From an uncultured Candidatus Saccharibacteria bacterium (GTDB taxonomy: Bacteria; Patescibacteriota; Saccharimonadia; Saccharimonadales; JAGQNJ01), in contig CAZBSC010000001.1 in the NCBI GenBank assembly GCA_964494845.1, positions 1 to 39,758 on the forward strand: a stretch of DNA of 39,758 nt. Reading direction: 5' to 3'. Each line of letters begins with the position of its first letter. The stretch's first letter is position 1. Shown here one piece after another: positions 33,805 to 39,758 of the stretch. The notes under the pieces are model-generated. The model saw nothing but the letters and a program-made list of their open reading frames with translations, searched no databases and had not been told where the DNA came from. The translations under genes were made by a program, and so were the position numbers.

Positions 33805-35337
33805 ATGCAGTGGCTAAATAATATTGTCGACGAGCTGATAAAACGTAATCCAGAAGGAGAGATTTTGGTTTCTTCTGGTGTTTCCCCATCAGGAGCTTAT
33901 CATGTGGGGACACTTCGCGAGGTGCTAACAGCTGAGGTAATCATGCGAGAGCTAAAGCTTCGTGGACGCGTCAGTAGGCATATACATGTTTCAGATGATC
34001 TGGATGTATTTCGTAAGGTTCCAAAGGGTCTACCTGATACATATGACAAGTACCTGGGGCGGCCTTTGTGCGATGTGCCAGCACCGGATGGGTCAGACCG
34101 AGGGTACGCAGACTACTATCTGGATGAGTTGCCAAAGGTGGCAAAAGAGCTTCGTTTAGAAATGGAAGTTATGCGTGCGCACGAAAAATACCAATCCGGG
34201 TTTTTTGTGTCTGCGATTGAACAAGCACTTGACTCAATAGCAGATATACGAACAATTTTAGAGAAAGTCTCTGGAAGGAAACTTGATGAAAACTGGTCTC
34301 CCGTTCAAATTATTGAGGATGGTTACCTGAAAAACCGAAAATTTGTGGACATTGATAAAGATAAAAAACAGATACATTACGAAGATAAAGACGGGGATCT
34401 TCAGAAAACCGGTTATACAGATGGCAAGGTAAAGCTAAATTGGCGAATTGACTGGCCGGCTCGTTGGGCGCTACTGGGTGTGGATGCAGAGCCATTCGGT
34501 CGTGACCATGCAACAAAGGGTGGTTCATATGAAACTGGCGCTGTGATAGTAAAAGATGTGTTCGACCAGGTTGCGCCATATCCAGTTCCTTATCATTTCA
34601 TTAATAGAACCGGTGAAACGAAGAAAATGAGCAAAAGTGGTGGCGATACAATAACAGCCGCCCAATTATTAGATATGCTGCCACCAGAGATAGTTTGGTA
34701 TTTTATGCTAAGGTTGCCTCCCGAAAAACAACTATTCTTTGACGAAGGCGAAACACTAATGCGTCTTGTTGATGAGTACAGTGAGCTGCTAGCAAAACCA
34801 GATAAAACAGATGCTGAGAAACAGCTTATTAATCTCTGCAGTTATGGGGTAGCTGAACGTACAGTTAGCAATATACCTTTTTCTCATCTAGTTGCTAGCT
34901 ACCAAGCATCGTTAAAAGATGCCGATATGACGATTGATGTTATTAAACGTACAGAACATGCAGACGTTGCCAGTGAGCAAGCGGCTGTTATTAAAAATGA
35001 ACTACGCTTTATAGACAAATGGTTGGAAAAATATGCGCCTGATGACATAAAATTCTCGTTAGCGGATACAGTCAATACCGAACAATTTAGTGGTCCTCAA
35101 AAACAGTTTATGGCGAATTTGGCTTACAAAATCGTCGATGCCCCAGAGGATGCTGATGGGGAATGGTTCCATAAAGTAATATACGACCTTAAAGAGGAAT
35201 CGGGCCTACAATCTAGAGAGCTATTCATAACACTTTACCTTGTACTTATTGCTAAAACGTCTGGTCCGAGAGCAGGCTGGTTTCTGAGCATTCTGCCACG
35301 CGATTGGCTTGTCGCACGGCTACGACTAGAATCCTAA
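33805..35337 (+). CDS. lysK: class I lysyl-tRNA synthetase
   Basis: 510 aa. N-terminal SGVSPSGAYHVGTLRE (HIGH-type) and KMSKSGG (KMSKS). This is a class I Rossmann architecture rather than class II LysS. Confidence 0.9.
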   Translation: MQWLNNIVDELIKRNPEGEILVSSGVSPSGAYHVGTLREVLTAEVIMRELKLRGRVSRHIHVSDDLDVFRKVPKGLPDTYDKYLGRPLCDVPAPDGSDRGYADYYLDELPKVAKELRLEMEVMRAHEKYQSGFFVSAIEQALDSIADIRTILEKVSGRKLDENWSPVQIIEDGYLKNRKFVDIDKDKKQIHYEDKDGDLQKTGYTDGKVKLNWRIDWPARWALLGVDAEPFGRDHATKGGSYETGAVIVKDVFDQVAPYPVPYHFINRTGETKKMSKSGGDTITAAQLLDMLPPEIVWYFMLRLPPEKQLFFDEGETLMRLVDEYSELLAKPDKTDAEKQLINLCSYGVAERTVSNIPFSHLVASYQASLKDADMTIDVIKRTEHADVASEQAAVIKNELRFIDKWLEKYAPDDIKFSLADTVNTEQFSGPQKQFMANLAYKIVDAPEDADGEWFHKVIYDLKEESGLQSRELFITLYLVLIAKTSGPRAGWFLSILPRDWLVARLRLES

Positions 35338-35404
35338 GATTTAGCATTTTGTATACTTCTAGTGCTTGCAAATAGTTCAATTTAGATTAAAACTAGCAGC
35401 AATC

Positions 35405-36004
35405 ATGCCAATACCTCAAGAACTTTTACCTGAAAAATACGAACTAACAACGTGCGGTGTTATTGCGGGCCTGATTGGGGATGTTGGCCTAAAAGGAGTT
35501 ATAGACGCTGCCCAAAAGGAGACAATCAGGACCGGGTTGCCAGCATATATGCAGAGAATACGCGATTTAATATATCCAGAGCCAACACTTGATCCGGCAA
35601 AAAACCTGTTTAGAGAAACTTTTACCGAATGTGCCAGTCTAATTTTTTCAGCCTACTGTAGTTCAGGTTTGGTACAGCCGCTGGCTGGGCTAGCAATTGT
35701 AGGCATTAATGTAGACCATCTTGGGATAAAAGATCTGGAGAGTGCATCGGCAGAACGACAAATTGAAATTATTGCAGAGAGGAATGAAGTAGCACGGGCA
35801 CTACACCAATCTGATGCAGGTGATTTCATTGATTTGGTTGGGTTTTATGTTTCTGTGTCGAAAGACGATGATGACGCGGGTTTGGGTGCTGAAATAGGTA
35901 TGGAGTATGCCCTCAGTCTACTGGACGAAGGTTGGGCAACCGCAAGAGCCCAAGCAATGGCTTTGCAGATCCCGCATGGTGATTGGGACGATTTACTCAA
36001 ATAG
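35405..36004 (+). CDS. hypothetical acidic cytoplasmic protein
   Basis: 199 aa from the ATG at 35405 (the track's TTG at 35366 adds 13 aa). No TM segment and no motif I recognise. Confidence 0.5.
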   Translation: MPIPQELLPEKYELTTCGVIAGLIGDVGLKGVIDAAQKETIRTGLPAYMQRIRDLIYPEPTLDPAKNLFRETFTECASLIFSAYCSSGLVQPLAGLAIVGINVDHLGIKDLESASAERQIEIIAERNEVARALHQSDAGDFIDLVGFYVSVSKDDDDAGLGAEIGMEYALSLLDEGWATARAQAMALQIPHGDWDDLLK

Positions 36005-36139
36005 AAAAAATATACTAAGAAACGATTGCAGTTCAGGGATTGTGCAATGAATAAATACCGGCCTGTTTAACCACTAAACAAATCTATACTTCAATTAAAA
36101 TTATGAAAAAATCAAATAACATTGTAGTATAGAAAAATT

Positions 36140-36541
36140 ATGAGTGATCGCATAGCACAAGTATCTTTTGAATTAATGGATGCTAGGACCAACACTGCTT
36201 TGCTCGCGGATGTCGGGACTCATCTAGTACAGGTGATCGATAGCGAGCTTGGTATTCAGGGCTTTTCGGTGGCCGACGATTCTAGTTATAGGGTGATGCC
36301 AACTTATGATCGAGTCCAAGATCATGTTCTTCTTCGAACAGAGAGGGCTGAAATGATCGCAGGATTTGCGGCTATGAGGCACGACGTTATGGTGCTACTT
36401 TGCAGGACACCAGAGAGAAAAGGCTTTTTTTATCAGTCTGAAGATCGAGAAAGAAAGTACCCTATTGTCTGGAGAGAGAGTGACGCGGCTTATGAGGCAT
36501 TGTTTGGCTATGCCCAAAGAATGACTCAGTTCACCAATTAG
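36140..36541 (+). CDS. hypothetical cytoplasmic protein
   Basis: 133 aa. Preceded by a 135-nt AT-rich gap with no SD. TATAGA lies 6 nt before the ATG. No recognisable motif. Confidence 0.5.
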   Translation: MSDRIAQVSFELMDARTNTALLADVGTHLVQVIDSELGIQGFSVADDSSYRVMPTYDRVQDHVLLRTERAEMIAGFAAMRHDVMVLLCRTPERKGFFYQSEDRERKYPIVWRESDAAYEALFGYAQRMTQFTN

Positions 36542-36612
36542 GGGCTAGCTAATACTGGCAAGAGCTAGCACTTAGGGTGTAAAATAGTAGGTAGGAAAGG
36601 AGACAATTTATT

Positions 36613-36831
36613 ATGGCATCGTCTTCGAAAAAAGAAGTCAAAAAGTTATATTTGTCATCTGATAACAAAATGTTATCAGGCGTATGTGGGGGGATCGCAG
36701 AATATTTTGATGCGGATCCTACACTAGTCAGGCTAGGTTGGGTCATCGCATCGATTATGACCGGGTTATTCCCTGGGTTATTAGGTTACATAATCGCAGC
36801 TGTGGTCATTCCGGAGAAATCAGATAAATAA
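36613..36831 (+). CDS. PspC-domain membrane protein
   Basis: 72 aa. LSGVCGGIAEYFDADPTLVRLGWVI followed by a TM helix is the PspC-domain signature. AAAGGAGA SD upstream. Confidence 0.8.
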   Translation: MASSSKKEVKKLYLSSDNKMLSGVCGGIAEYFDADPTLVRLGWVIASIMTGLFPGLLGYIIAAVVIPEKSDK

Positions 36832-36845
36832 CTAAAGGAGAGTTT

Positions 36846-37049
36846 ATGGGAAAAGCTAAAAAAACAGCAAATGCAATGAACAGCGGTGGTGGGCCAACAG
36901 GGTTTGTTCTGTTTATTGCATGGATTGGGGCTGTAGTATATTTTGTCGGGCAAGTCGATGGATTTTGGAACATAATTTTAGCCTTTTTACAGGCCTGCGT
37001 ATGGCCAGCCTATGTCTTGTACCATGTACTGCAAATCTTGAATGTCTGA
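36846..37049 (+). CDS. small two-helix membrane protein
   Basis: 67 aa with two hydrophobic helices. AAGGAGA lies upstream, and the gene starts 14 nt after the PspC stop. Confidence 0.5.
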   Translation: MGKAKKTANAMNSGGGPTGFVLFIAWIGAVVYFVGQVDGFWNIILAFLQACVWPAYVLYHVLQILNV

Positions 37050-37097
37050 CTATAAAGTAGATCCTAATAAGCAAAGTTACTATTACTAGATACGATA

Positions 37098-37736
37098 CTA
37101 GGGTAGTTGTATGATGGCGAAATAATGTATGCAAGCAGCGGCCACAACGAACACATGCCAGGTAACATGCATGAACGGTTTTTTACTGGCTAGAAAAATC
37201 GCGCCAGCAGTATATAAAACCCCACCAATAATCAGTAGCCAAATAACATTTGGGGGCAGGGAACTCATTTTAGGGACAAATAGTATGGCCAACCAACCAA
37301 ATGCTATATAGATTCCTGCGCCAAATTTATTCATTGCTTTCGGTAAAGTTGCCTTTAATGTTATGCCCGCACTAGCTAATGACCACACGAGCACTAGCAA
37401 GAGTGTCATAGCCCAACCACTGTACATAGCAACTATAAATGGTGTGAAAGTCCCAACAATCAGCAAAAATATTGCACCATGGTCGAGTATTTGAAATACG
37501 CGGGCAGCGCCAGTGAACTTTAGCGCATGATATAGGGATGAGGTGGTCATCAGTAGCACCAAACAGATAGAATAGACCCAAAAACTGATTGTAAACGCGG
37601 TTGATGCATCCAGGGTAACCAGACCAATTATTAAGCCAACGAACCCAAATATTGCTCCTAGTCCATGAGTTAGACTACTAAAAACTTCTTCGACAATTTT
37701 TAATGGAGTTTTAACATTTTTTATTTTAGTGGTCAT
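37098..37736 (-). CDS. hemolysin III / PAQR family membrane protein
   Basis: 212 aa with 7 TM segments. Motifs SSLYHAL, DHGAIFLLIVGTFTPF and HVFVVAAACIHY. Confidence 0.88.
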   Translation of the reverse strand: MTTKIKNVKTPLKIVEEVFSSLTHGLGAIFGFVGLIIGLVTLDASTAFTISFWVYSICLVLLMTTSSLYHALKFTGAARVFQILDHGAIFLLIVGTFTPFIVAMYSGWAMTLLLVLVWSLASAGITLKATLPKAMNKFGAGIYIAFGWLAILFVPKMSSLPPNVIWLLIIGGVLYTAGAIFLASKKPFMHVTWHVFVVAAACIHYFAIIQLP

Positions 37737-37742
37737 TTTTTA

Positions 37743-37748
37743 ATTATA
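37743..37748 (-). promoter_or_regulatory. -10 box candidate with leaderless spacing for the hemolysin-III gene
   Basis: On the minus strand, TATAAT is followed by exactly 6 nt (TAAAAA) and then the ATG. There is no SD. Confidence 0.35.
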
Positions 37749-37865
37749 CGCCTACTAAAATACAACCCTCCCTTAGTCCGCTTTGACTACAAAGATCAGA
37801 TCTGGAGCGAGCATCAGCAGTGCGAAACCGGCATCATATACTTTCGTAATTGGTAGGCGCTAGGA

Positions 37866-39587
37866 TTAGAGCGTGGAGCTAAAGTCGCCAAATTTTACGT
37901 TTTTTGTGATTGGGTCGCTGTTGAAATGCGTTGCATCATGGGTGACACGAAAGCGGTTAGCAACTGGGATGGATTCATTTATAACTGACCAGCTTTTTAC
38001 GTAGTTTCCTGCCCAGTAGGCTTGGCCAGTTGATGTTCTGGTCCCAGACCACTTGTTGTTACTAAAATTTAAGTTTTGGATCGGCTGATTTTTACTACCA
38101 ACGATTATTGCCAACTGTTCTTTTGCTATGCCTAGTTTTATGACATTGTTTGCAATAGTATAGTTTTTGACTGCAAACTTAGATCCTGCAGCAGCATTGT
38201 AGTTGCCGCGGATCTCGAAAACTTGCTGGCCACCACCGCCACTAGTATCTATGTGAGAATTTATGATGCGAATGTTTTGGGCGTCACCAATACCAATTAG
38301 CCGGCCATGCAATGTCGCATTTCGACCAACGGTTAAAGTAAAGTTGTCGAACGTTATCCCCACAGAACGCTCTCCAACCGATATTGCCGGTGAAGCAACC
38401 AGCGGACAATCCATTGGATTAGGGTATTGAACTAAAGAACAGTTTGACGGACGTTTAGATGATGGAACTGGTGGGGAGCATTTAAGGGGGTCAGGCTCTG
38501 ATTTTAGGGAGCAACTAATGGGTCTATACGTGAAATTTAGATTTTTGAATGTAGTTTGAGTCGAAGACATTGCAGCCTCGACTGCCTCTGTTGTGTAATC
38601 ACCCGAAATATTAGTGAAATTGTTTTTTACTAAAGCATTGAGCGCTATGGGTGTATCGACACCCCTAAATTGAATGTCCTTTACTGTGCACGAGTAACAC
38701 AAGCCAGCAGCCAGCCCAATCTCGCCGCCTTCGAAAACAATTCCTGATAGTTCGGACGATTGTACTGCATACCAAGGAACATCACGATCCATGATATAGC
38801 TTAGATGGGGATTATAGCCATCTATTTTACATATTTGTGGCGGACCATCCTGTGGGTCACCAATGCTATTCAGAGCCTTGTCAGCCAATACCAGCCGACG
38901 GCTACTATCAAAGATTTTTTCTATGCGGGTGAATTGTACAAAATCAGGTTGACTCCAACCGTCATTATTATCAAATTGCTTTGTCGAACGAATGCAAACG
39001 ATTTCCCCGGCTTTTAGTTTTTTTACATCGCTACGATACTTGAGTGTAATAGTATTCGATCCTTTGGCCCAAGTCGTTTGCTTAGTTGCCAAGTTTTCAA
39101 AATGCCCGCGTTTTCCGTGAAAATCTGGCTGACGTTTATCATAATTGGATGGAAAAGCATTCCCAAGCACCATGTCATAAGGGCTGTCGGTTTGCACAAT
39201 GACGCTTTTACCGGGCGTACCTCTAAGCCGAAGATTCGACTTCATGAACAGCGGTTTTGTTATGCGGTACCTACCTGGAGGCAAAGTTAGTATCCCACGT
39301 TTTTTGCTTGTGTAGTCAATAGCTTTTTGTAGAGCAACCGTATCGTCTGTGGTGCCGTCGCCAATAACGCCAAATGATTTTAGTGTTTTTGATTCGGCCT
39401 CTGCTGGGTCTTGGTTGCCGAAATGTCTTATACCAAAAAATAGGCCTAAAATAACAAATAATAACAGAGCTACAAAAATCAAAAGAAACATATGTTTTCT
39501 ATGTTTTTTTGGCTCGGGGCTTATAGGGTCAATGACCGGAGTCTGAGGGGAAATTGGGGGTTGTGACTGAATTGTTTCAGGGTTCAT
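37866..39587 (-). CDS. N-terminally membrane-anchored right-handed beta-helix protein (pectate-lyase superfamily / tailspike-like glycanase fold)
   Basis: 573 aa. Pro-rich N-terminus and a TM segment (MFLLIFVALLLFVILGLFFGI). FGVIGDGTTDDTVALQKAIDY is the hallmark motif of the Pectate_lyase_3-type beta-helix N-terminus. Confidence 0.8.
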   Translation of the reverse strand: MNPETIQSQPPISPQTPVIDPISPEPKKHRKHMFLLIFVALLLFVILGLFFGIRHFGNQDPAEAESKTLKSFGVIGDGTTDDTVALQKAIDYTSKKRGILTLPPGRYRITKPLFMKSNLRLRGTPGKSVIVQTDSPYDMVLGNAFPSNYDKRQPDFHGKRGHFENLATKQTTWAKGSNTITLKYRSDVKKLKAGEIVCIRSTKQFDNNDGWSQPDFVQFTRIEKIFDSSRRLVLADKALNSIGDPQDGPPQICKIDGYNPHLSYIMDRDVPWYAVQSSELSGIVFEGGEIGLAAGLCYSCTVKDIQFRGVDTPIALNALVKNNFTNISGDYTTEAVEAAMSSTQTTFKNLNFTYRPISCSLKSEPDPLKCSPPVPSSKRPSNCSLVQYPNPMDCPLVASPAISVGERSVGITFDNFTLTVGRNATLHGRLIGIGDAQNIRIINSHIDTSGGGGQQVFEIRGNYNAAAGSKFAVKNYTIANNVIKLGIAKEQLAIIVGSKNQPIQNLNFSNNKWSGTRTSTGQAYWAGNYVKSWSVINESIPVANRFRVTHDATHFNSDPITKNVKFGDFSSTL

Positions 39588-39604
39588 ATTTTACCTTAAG
39601 TGTT

Positions 39605-39610
39605 ATTATA
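39605..39610 (-). promoter_or_regulatory. -10 box candidate for the beta-helix gene
   Basis: On the minus strand, TATAAT lies 17 nt before the ATG, with AAGG between them. Confidence 0.3.
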
Positions 39611-39758
39611 CACCAGAAAGAAGCTATCCGATGAAGCATCAAAATGTAGACAGAGTTTTATAGATTATATTTGGCTCTAACCTGATCTTGGTTTATACCG
39701 TTTACGATGTTATTAAACCCGATTTCTTTTAATATGTTGCCAGCAACATTCGAGCGCG

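Noticed and set aside
39734-39749. 16-bp near-perfect palindrome ATGTTGC-CA-GCAACAT at the window edge
   Set aside because: It lies about 10-25 nt from the end of the window, probably inside the last few codons of a minus-strand gene whose body is outside the window. It cannot be interpreted without flanking sequence.
1-39758. Alternative genetic code (UGA recoding), as seen in some candidate phyla
   Set aside because: TGA terminates rpsU, ileS and rseP at positions consistent with the normal lengths of these protein families. I saw no in-frame TGA in conserved genes.
1-39758. tRNA, rRNA, CRISPR arrays, IS elements, integrases, toxin-antitoxin or known defence genes
   Set aside because: The intergenic spacers are short (mostly under 130 nt). 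None shows a T-loop GTTCRA motif, cloverleaf symmetry, or regularly spaced direct repeats. No ORF has transposase, recombinase or nuclease signatures that I recognise. A formal tRNAscan, Infernal or DefenseFinder run would be needed for certainty.

Overview
This window is compact (roughly 90% coding) and uses the standard genetic code: TGA, TAA and TAG all terminate recognisable genes. It holds about 40 genes, almost all housekeeping.

Gene order:
- priA-def-fmt on the minus strand
- a winged-helix regulator
- rpsU-yqeY-adk-map
- ftsA-ftsZ
- nrdR-nrdJ (class II ribonucleotide reductase, RNR), followed by a thioredoxin-fold ORF that has no cysteines
- a T-box leader in front of a type-2 ileS
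- rplU
- parA-parB
- lepB
- an LCP ligase with an overlapping polytopic membrane ORF
- htrA
- rpmE-prfA-prmC on the minus strand
- rpsB-tsf-frr-uppS-rseP plus a CPBP protease
- archaeal-type proS
- greA
- a class I lysyl-tRNA synthetase

Only the two ends look accessory. At 1-2256 there is a tail-anchored fragment, a 510-aa disordered single-pass membrane protein and a small helical protein. At 35.3-39.6 kb there are two orphan acidic proteins, a PspC-domain protein, a 2-TM miniprotein, a hemolysin-III/PAQR protein and a membrane-anchored beta-helix protein.

I recognised no rRNA, tRNA, CRISPR array, transposase, integrase or known defence gene.

The host is probably a small-genome, monoderm-like bacterium, possibly Patescibacteria/Saccharibacteria-like. 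This rests on eroded operons (no pyrH, cdsA or dxr at their usual places), archaeal or eukaryote-type aaRS, an LCP enzyme and no outer-membrane genes. It is inference only.

I did not find an unambiguous novel multi-gene system. The best candidates for follow-up are:
- the Ile T-box leader
- the Cys-less redoxin next to nrdJ
- the rseP-CPBP pair, apparently coupled through a CTG start
- the orphan gene pair at 35.4-36.5 kb
- the beta-helix surface protein
- a recurrent leaderless-mRNA geometry

All functional calls come from motif recognition by eye; no searches were run.
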